From positions 799 through 64,798 of the forward strand of contig JBKDRU010000007.1 of the NCBI GenBank assembly GCA_046341215.1: 64,000 nt of DNA. The letters run 5' to 3'. Shown piece by piece: positions 27,486 to 38,348 of the stretch. The notes under the pieces were generated by a model. It was not told where the DNA came from and made no database searches. It saw only the letters and a list, made by a program, of their open reading frames with translations. Numbering within the stretch: the first letter of the stretch is position 1; each line of letters begins with the position of its first letter. A program made the position numbers and the translations under genes. Source of the DNA: Vampirovibrionales bacterium. GTDB taxonomy: Bacteria; Cyanobacteriota; Vampirovibrionia; Vampirovibrionales; JAJTHC01.

Positions 27486-29591
27486 ATGGAACAAACTTTA
27501 TTATATGTTGCCTTAGCCGCTGGACTGCTTGCCTTACTTTATGGCGTTGTCACACGTGGTCAAATTTTAGCCCTTCCTGCAGGTAATGAAAAAATGCAAG
27601 AAATTGCAGCCGCTATTAAAGAAGGGGCATCGGCCTACATGAACCGCCAGTATTCGGCGATTTCATTGGCAGCGATTATTTTAGCCGTCTTAATGTTTTT
27701 CTTGTACACCAATGTAAAGGGTGCAAGTTATGCCACCTTTATGACAAGCGGGTTCTTAGTCGGTGCTTTCTTAAGCGGACTGGCTGGCTACATTGGCATG
27801 TTTGTTTCCGTTAACGCCAACGTGCGTACCGCAGAAGCGGCTCGCTCTGGCATGAATCCAGCCCTTGCCGTTGCCTTCAAAGGCGGAGCGGTCACGGGTT
27901 TGTTGGTCGTCGGCTTAGCTTTAATTGGTGTAACAGCTTTTTACATGATGGTTCAAGATGCACCTGATTTAATTCCAACCTTGGCTGGTTTGGCGTTTGG
28001 TTCTTCATTGATCTCCGTGTTTGCTCGATTGGGTGGTGGGATTTTCACCAAAGCTGCCGATGTGGGAGCAGATCTCGTCGGTAAAATTGAAGCGGGTATT
28101 CCTGAAGATGATCCTCGTAACCCTGGTGTTATTGCGGACAATGTGGGCGACAACGTCGGTGACTGTGCAGGTATGGCAGCCGATTTGTTTGAAACGTATG
28201 CGGTTACGATTGTGGCTGCGATGTTGCTGGGTCATTTGTTGTTTAAAGATACGTCGGCTGCGTTGGTTTATCCGTTATTGCTTGGGGCTTTATCGATTGT
28301 CTCTTCGATTATCGGGACTTACTTTGTTAAAGTCGGTGCAGACAATAATCCCATGAACGCTTTATATAAAGGCTTTTATGTGGCGATTGCCTTGTCAATG
28401 GGAATGATTACCTTTGCTACCTTGAAGTTCTTCCCCAACGGTATTGCAGACTTGTCTGCCGTGCAGTTGATTGTTTCTTCCGCAATCGGTATTATGGTGA
28501 CGCTTGGTTCCGTTTTTGTAACCAACTACTACACCGCAACGGAGTTTCGTCCTGTTCAAGAAGTTGCTGAAGCGTCTGAATCAGGTCATGGTACGAACGT
28601 TATTGCTGGTTTAGCAATCGGTATGGAAGCGACCGCTGCTCCTGTTATCTTGATTTGTATCGGTATTTTGACTTCCTTTATGATGGGTGGGCTTTACGGT
28701 GTGGCGATTGCTGCAGTTGCCATGCTTTCCATGGCAGGCATTGTCATCGCCTTGGATGCCTTTGGTCCCATTACAGACAACGCGGGTGGTATTGCTGAAA
28801 TGGCGGGTATGCCTTCTGAAGTTAGAGCCATCACCGATCCCCTAGACGCCGTGGGTAACACCACAAAAGCGATTACCAAAGGTTACGCCATTGGTTCAGC
28901 TGGATTGGCTGCGGTTGTTCTGTTTTCATCTTACATTATTGATTTAGAAGATGCGGCTCGTGTCGCTGGAGATGTAGCCCTTTCCGTTCCGGGTGCGATT
29001 CAAGGACTCTTTAGCTTAGGCGATCCTTTAGTGGTTGTGGGCTTATTCATCGGTGGATTGGTGCCTTACCTTTTTAGTGCCTTAGCCATGAAAGCGGTGG
29101 GTCGTGCAGCGGGTTCCGTTGTGAGCGAAGTGCGTCGTCAATTCAAAGAAAAACCCGGTATCATGGAAGGTACGGAGCGTCCTGATTACGCCACTTGTGT
29201 GGATATTGTGACACAATCCGCCTTGAAGCAAATGGTGGTTCCCGCCTTATTGCCTGTTTTGGTTCCGATTGCCTTGTTGTTTATTGGTAACTTATTAACG
29301 ACTCAAGAATATGCCAGCATTAAAATGATTGGTGGTATGTTGATGGGTAGCATCGTTACAGGCTTGTTCGTGGGTATTTCCATGACAAGCGGTGGTGGAG
29401 CGTGGGACAACGCCAAGAAGTACATCGAAGATGGGCACCATGGTGGTAAAGGTTCCTTTGCTCATGCTGCGGCGATTACAGGCGACACGGTCGGCGATCC
29501 TTATAAGGATACAGCTGGCCCTGCGGTGAACCCTGTCATTAAAATCATTAACTTGGTTGCCTTGTTGTTGGTACCTTTCTTGATCGGTTAA
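27486..29591 (+). CDS. hppA: Membrane-bound H+-translocating pyrophosphatase
   Basis: 701 aa, about 16 TM. Motifs [27 protein letters not shown] and the C-terminal [18 protein letters not shown]. Confidence 0.9.
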   Translation: MEQTLLYVALAAGLLALLYGVVTRGQILALPAGNEKMQEIAAAIKEGASAYMNRQYSAISLAAIILAVLMFFLYTNVKGASYATFMTSGFLVGAFLSGLAGYIGMFVSVNANVRTAEAARSGMNPALAVAFKGGAVTGLLVVGLALIGVTAFYMMVQDAPDLIPTLAGLAFGSSLISVFARLGGGIFTKAADVGADLVGKIEAGIPEDDPRNPGVIADNVGDNVGDCAGMAADLFETYAVTIVAAMLLGHLLFKDTSAALVYPLLLGALSIVSSIIGTYFVKVGADNNPMNALYKGFYVAIALSMGMITFATLKFFPNGIADLSAVQLIVSSAIGIMVTLGSVFVTNYYTATEFRPVQEVAEASESGHGTNVIAGLAIGMEATAAPVILICIGILTSFMMGGLYGVAIAAVAMLSMAGIVIALDAFGPITDNAGGIAEMAGMPSEVRAITDPLDAVGNTTKAITKGYAIGSAGLAAVVLFSSYIIDLEDAARVAGDVALSVPGAIQGLFSLGDPLVVVGLFIGGLVPYLFSALAMKAVGRAAGSVVSEVRRQFKEKPGIMEGTERPDYATCVDIVTQSALKQMVVPALLPVLVPIALLFIGNLLTTQEYASIKMIGGMLMGSIVTGLFVGISMTSGGGAWDNAKKYIEDGHHGGKGSFAHAAAITGDTVGDPYKDTAGPAVNPVIKIINLVALLLVPFLIG

Positions 29592-29618
29592 TCGATTGTA
29601 GAAAAGTCTAAATGGAAT

Positions 29619-29642
29619 TAGCTCCTTCGGGGGCTTTTTCTG
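29619..29642 (+). terminator. Rho-independent terminator after hppA (UUCG tetraloop hairpin plus T-run)
   Basis: agctcc-ttcg-ggggct followed by ttttt. Confidence 0.6.
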
Positions 29643-29871
29643 TTTATAGAAAGCTCTGTGAAACCAAAAAATACACTGTCATTACGAGCGTAACGTGGAT
29701 ATTTCTTTCACACAAAGGGCTTTCGCAGAGTCTTCTATAGTGTTTGAATTTCTAGATCCGTCTTGAGCTTTTGCTTAGCAGAGCAAAGATCCCCAAGCAC
29801 TAGCTTAAATCAAAAAAGAAAAGCACAAAATCACTCTCTCAACATAGAACACTCGGCGGATTTAAGAATGT

Positions 29872-30528
29872 CTAAGGCAGTTGGATCTTCAGTAAAACTT
29901 CACCCGCTTTGACCATGTCCAAATAGCCACGAGCCAACGCTTCAGCGTCTTCACCACTCTGAATACGCTTGATTTCAGACTTCAATGTCGTATTCTTGGC
30001 ATGATGCGATTCATACAAGCCCTTGACAACAGGGGCTTCTTGATGCACGCTAACCATTCCAGCGATCAATGCAACACTTGAAACAAAGAGATAAAGCGAA
30101 AGTAATGAAAAAAGAACTGATTTTACAGCGTTCTTCACCCATATTTCCGATTGGTTCCAACCTTTAATTAGCGACTTACATCCCAATATCGTAAGTAAAC
30201 CAGCCCCCACGCCCAACTTTAGGGTGCGAACCGCTACATTATTGGAAAAATCTTTTTTTGTGCGAGGACTAGACGTCTTAGTGAATGGCAATTCATCTGG
30301 CCAAGTCTCTGCGGGTGAATCATACTCTTCACTCAATAATAAATCCACAACATTACTTTGCCCTGCACGACGCTTTAAACGACGCAATGAACTGTTTTTA
30401 CGTGAACTGTTTTTATTGGGAGCCGCTAAAGAAATAGCTTCCAAACCAGGAAAGAAATCCACACCACGCCAAGCAGGTGCCGTAGAGGCTGATAAATAAG
30501 GTGGTAAAGAAACAGATGACTGCGTCAC
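29872..30528 (-). CDS. Hypothetical membrane-anchored protein
   Basis: 218-aa ORF with two hydrophobic segments. Preceded by a 360-bp very AT-rich region containing a TTTGTAA-N5-TTACAAA palindrome. Confidence 0.45.
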   Translation of the reverse strand: MTQSSVSLPPYLSASTAPAWRGVDFFPGLEAISLAAPNKNSSRKNSSLRRLKRRAGQSNVVDLLLSEEYDSPAETWPDELPFTKTSSPRTKKDFSNNVAVRTLKLGVGAGLLTILGCKSLIKGWNQSEIWVKNAVKSVLFSLLSLYLFVSSVALIAGMVSVHQEAPVVKGLYESHHAKNTTLKSEIKRIQSGEDAEALARGYLDMVKAGEVLLKIQLP

Positions 30529-30888
30529 AGGCGGGGGATTCCTATTCTAAAAGGGTGGGGCGTGGAGGAAAAATAGTCTAATTCTCAAGTCGTCTACTCA
30601 TTTTATAGAAAAACCTTCGTAAGGAGGTAACAATTAAAAAGAAGACATTAAAAAAATATTAAGAATATTTATATAAAGTATAACAAACAATTGTGAAGTT
30701 GACACACTTAATTTTAGTGAATTTTCAAATTTCATCTATATAGTGGATGCACAACACGAAGAGGCTTATTGTAAAGAAGACACAAGTCTTTTGTTGTTTA
30801 GTAAAATCAATTAGTATATAATAAATAGTCTAAACCCATGAAGGGAAAAAAGCTCAAAAATAAACCTTTAGATTAATTAAGATCAGAT

Positions 30889-31848
30889 CTAAATTGTAAC
30901 GTTTTGTAACGAAATTACAAAAAACCTTGTCTGCCAAATCTTAACGTCTAAAGACGAGGCTAAATCCTGCTGTTCAAGTGGGCCCGGTATTTTGCCACAC
31001 TCAAAAAAGCCGATCACCGCAGAACCACTCCCGCAGAGCATGGCATGAAAGGCACCCGCTGCTAGTAAACGCTTTTTCAACGCTAGTAAAGCAGGGTATT
31101 TCCCAAAAACGATGTCCTCAAAATCATTGTGCATATAATGTTTTAACTCTTTTAAGGGAACCCCCTTTTGTAGAGCATCCAGAAAAGCACCATCTGGCGT
31201 GCTATAGGCGTTTTCTTCATGTACCCACGCATAAGCGTCTTTGGTGGAAATGGCGATAGGCTTAGATTTCAGGACAAGCGCTTCTACCCCTTCAAAGGTC
31301 TTTGCCTTGCCGTCAATCGGGACAAGGATTTCCCCACGACCTTTTACTTGCATGAGGGATTTTTCCCTCAGAAACAAGGGTACATCTGATCCAATGCTTG
31401 CCCCTAATGCAAGTAGTTCTTTTGAACTAAGGGGTGTTAGCGTAGGGAAATATCGGCAAAGTAAGCCGTGATATAAGCGAATGGCGGCTGCAGCATTGGA
31501 CGATGCGGAACCTAGCCCTGCTTGATAGGGTAAACATTTTTCTAAATAGACGTCCACAGGTGGAAATGTCACGAGCTTATGATGATATTGTCTCACATAT
31601 TGCTGAACGGCGCGAATGCCTCGAAGTACCAAATTGTCTTCGCCTAGGGCTTCAAGGGTTTTGTCGTTGGATGTAAAGTGAACGTCTTTTTCAAAGGGGG
31701 ATTCGACCTCAGTTCGCAAACTGATGACCAGATCATCGTGCCAGTTTAATAAGGCAACCACACTGTCTAGGTCGCTGAAGCCGTCGGGACGCTTGCCTAA
31801 AATGTGTAAGGATAAATTGATTTTAGCGGGGCAGTGCATGAATGGCAT
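30889..31848 (-). CDS. ispE: 4-diphosphocytidyl-2-C-methyl-D-erythritol kinase
   Basis: GHMP kinase with N terminus PAKINLSLHILGKRPDGF. Start chosen at MPFMH; overlaps the 3' end of ksgA. Confidence 0.8.
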   Translation of the reverse strand: MPFMHCPAKINLSLHILGKRPDGFSDLDSVVALLNWHDDLVISLRTEVESPFEKDVHFTSNDKTLEALGEDNLVLRGIRAVQQYVRQYHHKLVTFPPVDVYLEKCLPYQAGLGSASSNAAAAIRLYHGLLCRYFPTLTPLSSKELLALGASIGSDVPLFLREKSLMQVKGRGEILVPIDGKAKTFEGVEALVLKSKPIAISTKDAYAWVHEENAYSTPDGAFLDALQKGVPLKELKHYMHNDFEDIVFGKYPALLALKKRLLAAGAFHAMLCGSGSAVIGFFECGKIPGPLEQQDLASSLDVKIWQTRFFVISLQNVTI

Positions 31849-32770
31849 CCGTGAGTTTGGCGAAGGCTTCAATGCTCAAGGTTTCAGGACGGGCTTGCGG
31901 ATCCACCCCCGACGCCTCTAAGACGCCATCCAGCTCTTCGGCCTTTACGAGGTGGTCGTTTAATAACGTATTTCGCAACATTTTACGACGCTGTTGAAAC
32001 GTCGTTCGCACGACTCGTTGCATAAGCGTTAAATCGCTGACAGGGCATAGCCCTTCTTGACGAGGATACAAGCTAATCACCACCGACATCACCTTCGGTT
32101 GGGGTTCAAACACGGTGGGAGGCACCAAAAACTCCAGTTGGCAATCAAACCAATATTGAAGGGCAATCGACAAAGGCCCGTAATCTTTAGAACCTTCTTT
32201 GGCGGTGATGCGTTCGCCCACTTCTTTTTGCACCATAAACGTGAGCTGTTGCACACGTTTGCGAAGGGACATATCCGTTTGCGTCATTTCCCCCGCGAAC
32301 TTAAACAAAACGCCACTAGTGATGTTATAGGGTAAATTGCCCACGACCTTAAACCGTTCGCTTGGCATGAGTGCAGGTACATCTACCGACATAATGTCTT
32401 GCGAAACGAGGTTCATTTTCGACCATTCAGGCGTGCGACGGAAGTAGTCGCCGAGATAGTCCACCATACGGTAATCGAGCTCAACCGCAGTGAGATGTTC
32501 CACTTGAGGTAGCAGACTGCGTGTGAGAAAACCCAAGCCTGGTCCAATTTCAAGGACGTTGTCTGTGGGGGAAAGATCCAAGCACCGTACGATGCCGTCA
32601 ATGGTGCCTTGATGCACCAAGAAGTTTTGCCCAAATCGCTTACGAGCGAGCATTCGCTTGGCTTCAATCAAAAGCGGATTCGGCTTTTTTTCAGCACGCG
32701 CTTTGGCTCGTTTGGCGTCTTTGTCTTCGGTTTTAGCACGACTGCGTTTAAATTTGTCTTGAATGCCCAA
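31823..32770 (-). CDS. rsmA: 16S rRNA (adenine1518/1519-N6)-dimethyltransferase RsmA/KsgA with a ~40-aa Lys/Arg-rich N-terminal extension
   Basis: FGQNFL, VLEIGPGLGFLT and NLPYNI motifs. ksgA-ispE adjacency. Confidence 0.85.
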   Translation of the reverse strand: MGIQDKFKRSRAKTEDKDAKRAKARAEKKPNPLLIEAKRMLARKRFGQNFLVHQGTIDGIVRCLDLSPTDNVLEIGPGLGFLTRSLLPQVEHLTAVELDYRMVDYLGDYFRRTPEWSKMNLVSQDIMSVDVPALMPSERFKVVGNLPYNITSGVLFKFAGEMTQTDMSLRKRVQQLTFMVQKEVGERITAKEGSKDYGPLSIALQYWFDCQLEFLVPPTVFEPQPKVMSVVISLYPRQEGLCPVSDLTLMQRVVRTTFQQRRKMLRNTLLNDHLVKAEELDGVLEASGVDPQARPETLSIEAFAKLTDAIHALPR

Positions 32771-32870
32771 GGGGTCTTCCTTTTTACGTTATACAATGGA
32801 TACAGCTTAGTTTAGCTCAAACATAAACGCATGGACGTCTTTTTATGTTTTCTGTGCCTTCCAATAGCAG

Positions 32871-34379
32871 TTAAGCATCCAAACAAGCGGTGATGGCGTC
32901 TCGAATATTACGCACAAAATAAAGTTCTACCCCTAGCGGTAATTCTTTTTTTAAGGCATCCACATCTATGGCTTGCGTACGACCTTGTGGCAACGGCAAC
33001 ACAATCCGTGTAAAACCGATCTTCACCGCTTCCATGAGCCGTTCCCGCCAGCGACGCACACTGCGAATTTCCCCAGTCAGCCCAATTTCACCCATCAGCA
33101 CCGTGCCTGATTTCACACTCACGTCTCGTAAGCTGGTGACCAACGCCAACGCCATACCCAAGTCCACCGCAGGCTCGTCAATCTTCATGCCCCCAACGAC
33201 GTTGATATACAAGTCTAAATCGGCAAAACTCAAGCCTACCCGACGCTCCAAGACCGCAATCACCTGATGCAAACGGTTCGTTTCGACACCATTGACCACC
33301 CGACGCGGCGACGCATACACGCTTTGCCCTGCCAAGGCTTGAAGTTCAATCAATAAGGGACGGCTCCCTTCCAAGCTACAAACGGTGACGCATCCTGGGA
33401 CTGGGTGCAAGGCAGCGTCTGATAAAAAGACTTCAGAAGGATTCAACACGTCTTTCAAGCCACTTTCCTGCATTTCAAAGACGCCCATTTCTTGGGTGGA
33501 ACCAAAGCGATTTTTCACCGACCGCAAGAGCCGTAAATCCTTGTAACGCTCGCCTTCAAAGTACAAGACGGCATCCACCATATGTTCCAGCAATTTAGGT
33601 CCCGAAAGTTGCCCGTCTTTGGTGACGTGGCCAATTAAAAAGGTGGTGATGTTCAAGCCTTTGGCGACCTGCATCAACGCATTGGCACAGGCTTTGACTT
33701 GGTTGTTCGCTCCTGGAGTCCCCGAAACATTGGTATCCATCAGCGATTGAATGGAATCGACAATCAGCACATCGGGCTTTTCAAGCACGATGGCTTGCAA
33801 AATGTTTTGAAGCTTGACTTCTGCTAAAAGCAGAATCTGGCTCGCGCCTTCGAGTTGTAAACGCTCCGCTCGATGCTTAATCTGCACGCCCGACTCTTCC
33901 CCTGTGACATAAATGACTTTTTTGCCTGTTAACGCCAAGTTCGCAGCGGCTTGAATCATCAAGGTGGATTTGCCAATCCCCGGATCGCCCCCGACCAAGA
34001 TGTAAGCCCCTTGCAAGAGTCCTCCGCCGAGGACACGGTCGAGTTCAGGCATCAGCGTTGAAAAGCGAGGGGCGGTGGACATATCCACATCCGACAAAGG
34101 CATAAGCTGGATTTTATCCGTGCTAAAAAGGGGGGCGGTTGAAAGGGGGGAGGCTCCAAACGACGGTGTGGGGATGTTCCCACTCCAAGACGCTTCACTT
34201 TCAAGATCCAAATCACCACGGCTCAAGCTGGCGTAGGCTGGCAAAGCAACAGCAGAAGCAGGGGCTTCCACGACTTCTTGAAAGCTATTCCACGCACCAC
34301 AATTATGGCAGCGCCCCACATGCACGGCGGATTCATATTCACAGGATTGACAGACATACTTGCGTTTGATTTTTGCCAT
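32871..34379 (-). CDS. radA: DNA repair protein RadA/Sms
   Basis: N-terminal zinc ribbon CxxC...CxxC, Walker A GDPGIGKST, KNRFG motif and a Lon-like C-terminal domain. Confidence 0.9.
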   Translation of the reverse strand: MAKIKRKYVCQSCEYESAVHVGRCHNCGAWNSFQEVVEAPASAVALPAYASLSRGDLDLESEASWSGNIPTPSFGASPLSTAPLFSTDKIQLMPLSDVDMSTAPRFSTLMPELDRVLGGGLLQGAYILVGGDPGIGKSTLMIQAAANLALTGKKVIYVTGEESGVQIKHRAERLQLEGASQILLLAEVKLQNILQAIVLEKPDVLIVDSIQSLMDTNVSGTPGANNQVKACANALMQVAKGLNITTFLIGHVTKDGQLSGPKLLEHMVDAVLYFEGERYKDLRLLRSVKNRFGSTQEMGVFEMQESGLKDVLNPSEVFLSDAALHPVPGCVTVCSLEGSRPLLIELQALAGQSVYASPRRVVNGVETNRLHQVIAVLERRVGLSFADLDLYINVVGGMKIDEPAVDLGMALALVTSLRDVSVKSGTVLMGEIGLTGEIRSVRRWRERLMEAVKIGFTRIVLPLPQGRTQAIDVDALKKELPLGVELYFVRNIRDAITACLDA

Positions 34380-34420
34380 GACTTTATTATAAAAGAAAAG
34401 AACGCTTTAGGTCAATTTTT

Positions 34421-35098
34421 TCAATAGACAAGGGCGGCTAGAAACTTTAATGCCGCCTTGAAAAGTGTTACGGCCTCTTCAGAGCTTATTCCTGCCTTGG
34501 GAGGCAGAAGGTCACCTTGGGCCCTTGATTGACCACCTGTTGCGGGGCTCAATTTCTGTCGCCATTTGGGAAGGTGTGGGGGTAACAGATATTCTCTGAT
34601 GAGGTGACTTTGTAAACGGTGCAAGTAACTTCGGATGTCACATTCAGCCGAACTAAGAAAGAGCCAATTGTTCCAACGATGCTGAAGAGAGACGCCAATA
34701 AGTCCAGACTCTTTTTGAGGAGTCTTAGGCAGGTCTTCTATATAATATTCTTTTAAAGCGTTCAATAATTTTATTAGGCATTTAATTTCATTTTTGGGGA
34801 GTTTACTTTGAATAGTAACACTGGCAACCATACGCTTATTTTTTGACATTTGATGTCTTAGTACTATTTCTGTTAACTTGCTATTAGGATCTATCCCAAA
34901 CATTAAATTATTTATTGTAGGTTCCAGAGTCGTTAATAATTCTTCTGCTTCATGTCCCTCAACAAGAAGACCAAGTGTTATTTTCCCTGATCGGGCGTTT
35001 TGAGCCAAAGCAGGTTTTATTAATGGCCCCTGTTGGGCTGAAGGGATCGGAGAAAGCCGCATAACAGTTTCCTTAGTGTTGAGAGAAAATGTAATCAT
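34421..35098 (-). CDS. Hypothetical protein; composition switches from AT-rich 5' half to GC-rich 3' half
   Basis: ORF only. No motif recognised. Possibly chimeric or partly recent. Confidence 0.35.
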   Translation of the reverse strand: MITFSLNTKETVMRLSPIPSAQQGPLIKPALAQNARSGKITLGLLVEGHEAEELLTTLEPTINNLMFGIDPNSKLTEIVLRHQMSKNKRMVASVTIQSKLPKNEIKCLIKLLNALKEYYIEDLPKTPQKESGLIGVSLQHRWNNWLFLSSAECDIRSYLHRLQSHLIREYLLPPHLPKWRQKLSPATGGQSRAQGDLLPPKAGISSEEAVTLFKAALKFLAALVY

Positions 35099-35210
35099 CT
35101 ATTAGAAAAGCAATAACCATTATACTATACTATTTGCAGACAAAAAGTCAAGTATTTAAATCACCAATGCCAGAATGAGGGGTTCCCGTCTCGTACTAAA
35201 ACCCATGTGG

Positions 35211-35744
35211 CTATTTGTGGTAGGGTTCGTGGTTCAAAATACGAAAGGCCCGATAGAGCTGTTCCACCCACAACAGGCGCACCATTAAATGGGGAAAGGT
35301 CATCGGACTTAGCGACAAGGCCCAATCCGCCCGAGCTAAAACCGCCGAACTCAAGCCTGTGGCTCCACCCACCACAAAAATAAGATGCGGACGCTCCCCA
35401 CTGTGCTTGCCTCGACTCAGGCTGTTTAAGCCAGGATGCCGCTGGTAAAAGGCTTCCGCAAATTGTGGGGAATCGAGTGCTTTGGCATGCTCAGTGAGTA
35501 CCACGACATAGGCAGGGTGAGCATCCAAATACTTTAAAATGCGGCTGCCTTCAAGGGCTTGTACGTCTTGTGTGGTATGGCTGGCTTTGATTTTTTCATC
35601 AGGCAATTCCGTGACGATGAGCTTGCAATACGGTTTGAGGCGCTCAGCGTATTGAGCAAACCCTTCTTGTAAATAGCTGTGATGAGCACCTTTGAGCTTG
35701 CCCATGCAGAGAAGTTCAACTGAAATTAACGGGGTTTGTGGCAT
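35211..35744 (-). CDS. rlmH: 23S rRNA (pseudouridine1915-N3)-methyltransferase RlmH (SPOUT)
   Basis: Aligns to RlmH over its length (VELLCMGKLKG..., C-terminal LVRLLWVEQLYRA). Confidence 0.8.
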   Translation of the reverse strand: MPQTPLISVELLCMGKLKGAHHSYLQEGFAQYAERLKPYCKLIVTELPDEKIKASHTTQDVQALEGSRILKYLDAHPAYVVVLTEHAKALDSPQFAEAFYQRHPGLNSLSRGKHSGERPHLIFVVGGATGLSSAVLARADWALSLSPMTFPHLMVRLLWVEQLYRAFRILNHEPYHK

Positions 35745-35756
35745 TGGTTTTCCCCG

Positions 35757-36743
35757 CTACAAGTTTCGTCGATGGTTGATGCTGTAAATCAAGGCAAAGG
35801 AAAGCCCACCCAAGACCAACGCCAGTAAAGCCGCCCACCAAAACCCATTGGGGTCATCCGAAAAAGGAATATGCGTAAAGTTCATACCCCACAAACCCGT
35901 GATAAACATCAGCGGAATCGACACGGTCGCCACCACAGAAAGCCATAAATTGCTCTTATTAATGCGGTCATTCAGACGGTGACGCAACTCGTCTTGCACA
36001 ATTTGTGAACGCTCTTGCATCATTTCCAAGTCTTCAATGAAGTGTGTAATACGATGCAACTGTTCTTTCAAGGCCTTTTTCGTTCGGATGTCTTGCACCA
36101 AGAAATAATCCAATTGCAAAAGTGTTTTCATTGCATCTCGTTCTGCGGACAGATTACGCCGAAATAACAAGGTTTGCTTGCGTAAATCAGGTACCTTGGC
36201 CATGGCTGTAGATGTACTAAAATCTAGCAAATGTTCTTCCATGTGATTGGTGTCAGCGTCTAAAGCCGTTAAAACAGGTTCCAAATTATTGAGTATACAA
36301 TCAATTAAAAAAGGTAAGAACGCCAATAGGTTTTTGGGACCGGTGCCGTTTTCTAAGTGATGTGCCATGTCTCGAATGGCTTTAACAGGTCGGCGTTCTA
36401 GGGTGATCACCGTATTGGATTGGATCCAAATCCGTAAGGACACCATGTCCGCACGATTGGACTCAGGGTTCAAATTCGCTGCTCTTAACACCAAAAGCAA
36501 GCCGCATCCCAAGACTTCTGCATGGGGGCGTGTTTTCGCTCGTAAGAGGCTTCGCCAAGCAAGGGAATTTTCATGAGCCAAATGATCTTGCAACCACGGC
36601 TTAGCATCGGGATGCATCGTTTGTAAATGCACCCAAATCGGACGATTTTCCGCAAAGGCTTGTTCTAACTCATCACCTTCTAACAGATTTCTTCCGCCTG
36701 TTTCAGAAAGTTCATAAGCAAATAATATCGGAGATTCACTCAT
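35757..36743 (-). CDS. corA: Magnesium/cobalt transporter CorA
   Basis: C-terminal two TM with the GMNF signature (LWGMNFTHIPF). Confidence 0.85.
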   Translation of the reverse strand: MSESPILFAYELSETGGRNLLEGDELEQAFAENRPIWVHLQTMHPDAKPWLQDHLAHENSLAWRSLLRAKTRPHAEVLGCGLLLVLRAANLNPESNRADMVSLRIWIQSNTVITLERRPVKAIRDMAHHLENGTGPKNLLAFLPFLIDCILNNLEPVLTALDADTNHMEEHLLDFSTSTAMAKVPDLRKQTLLFRRNLSAERDAMKTLLQLDYFLVQDIRTKKALKEQLHRITHFIEDLEMMQERSQIVQDELRHRLNDRINKSNLWLSVVATVSIPLMFITGLWGMNFTHIPFSDDPNGFWWAALLALVLGGLSFALIYSINHRRNL

Positions 36744-38110
36744 GAGAGGACCCCCACGTTTTCAAGGGATTCTTGTTCAAGAAACTGCTCTAACGCCGAA
36801 AGACTGCGTGCAATGTGACGCTTGGCTCGTTCTTTTTTATCCTTTAGGCGCTCTTCCCACGCAGGCAGAATACCCCAATTACTATTGATCGGTTGAAAGG
36901 CTTGCCCCACCGCTTCTTCACGAGTGATGTACTGCAATAACGCCCCGAGCATCGTTTCAGGAGGCAAAATCATCGGAGCTTGCCCTCGTAAAAGGCGTCC
37001 GATATTTAAACCAGCCATCAAGCCTGTGGCGACACTTTCGGTATACCCTTCGGTGCCAGTTAATTGCCCTGCCACTAAAATATGCGGATGCTGTTTCATC
37101 TGCAAAGTAGGCGTCAAGACTTCAGGACTATGCAAGAAGGTGTTGCGGTGCATGACCCCGTAACGCACGACATCCGACGATTCAAGCCCTGGAATAAGCT
37201 GAATCATCTCTTTTTGCGCGCCCCATTTAATATTTGTTTGAAAACCCACCATATTGTAAAGGGTACCACTGGCGTTGTCTTGACGAAGTTGCACCACCGC
37301 ATAAGGCCAGCGGCCCGTGCGAGGGTCATCGAGTCCGACAGGCTTCATCGGGCCGTAACGAGGGGTGTCGACGCCACGGCGAGCCATTTCTTCAATGGGC
37401 ATACAGCTTTCAAAGAACTTGGTTTTTTGTAGGGCTTCTTCTTCAAAGGCTTTCATTTCGGTGCGTTCGGCTTGATTGATAAAGTTAATCAGTCGTTCAT
37501 ACTCGTCTTTATTCAAGGGGCAGTTGATGTAAGACGGCTCTCGTTCTTCGGAGAGATTCTTGTTGTAACGATCCGCCATAAAAGCGATGTCAAAATTGAT
37601 CGATTCCTTCGTGATAATGGGTGCCGCCGCATCGAAAAAATACAAGTTTTGGCGATTCAGAAGGCGCCCTAGACTGGCGGTTAAGCCTTCAGAGGTCAAC
37701 GGCCCTGTCGCAATCAGCGTATAGGCTGTATCGGTGGGGATTTCGGTGACGTCTCCCCCCACAAAGGTGATGTTGGGGTGTTGGTGAATGCGTTGGGTGA
37801 CAAGTTCCGCAAAGCGTTCACGATCCACGGCGAGGGCCTGCCCTGCAGGCACGGCACAATCGGTGGCGATTTCAATGAGTTCAGCTCCCAAGCGTCGCAT
37901 TTCTTGCTTGAGTAAACCGCTGGCACTTTCACCCATGGAACCAAAGCTATTGGAACAGACGATTTCTGCCAAGTTGTTGCTATGGTGAGCAGGCGAGCGT
38001 TTCACAGGCTTTAAATCATGCAAACGCACTTGAAAGCCTTGATTGGCGAGCTGTAAGGCCGCTTCAGTGCCTGCTAAACCAGCACCGATGATGGTGACTT
38101 GGGGCGTCAT
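36740..38110 (-). CDS. trmFO: Methylenetetrahydrofolate--tRNA-(uracil54-C5)-methyltransferase TrmFO
   Basis: FAD GxGxxG motif (IIGAGLAGTEAA), GidA-like. 456 aa. 4-nt overlap with corA. Confidence 0.85.
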   Translation of the reverse strand: MTPQVTIIGAGLAGTEAALQLANQGFQVRLHDLKPVKRSPAHHSNNLAEIVCSNSFGSMGESASGLLKQEMRRLGAELIEIATDCAVPAGQALAVDRERFAELVTQRIHQHPNITFVGGDVTEIPTDTAYTLIATGPLTSEGLTASLGRLLNRQNLYFFDAAAPIITKESINFDIAFMADRYNKNLSEEREPSYINCPLNKDEYERLINFINQAERTEMKAFEEEALQKTKFFESCMPIEEMARRGVDTPRYGPMKPVGLDDPRTGRWPYAVVQLRQDNASGTLYNMVGFQTNIKWGAQKEMIQLIPGLESSDVVRYGVMHRNTFLHSPEVLTPTLQMKQHPHILVAGQLTGTEGYTESVATGLMAGLNIGRLLRGQAPMILPPETMLGALLQYITREEAVGQAFQPINSNWGILPAWEERLKDKKERAKRHIARSLSALEQFLEQESLENVGVLS

Positions 38111-38348
38111 GTGTGTGGGGATTCCTTTCTGGAAGGGGCTGCGCTTTTACTCTAGCACAAAGATGCGCCCTGCAAAATTACCCAGTGTAAAAAACTTTTA
38201 AAAAAGGCGCACAAAAAAAAAGGCAGGGGCGTTTATGTACATACAATTAAATACTTGCACTTAAATCCTGCTTGATTTAATATAGTATAAAATACATTTA
38301 CAAGTTTGACTTTTTTGATGTTTTGCCCTCCATTTTAACTGATAAAGG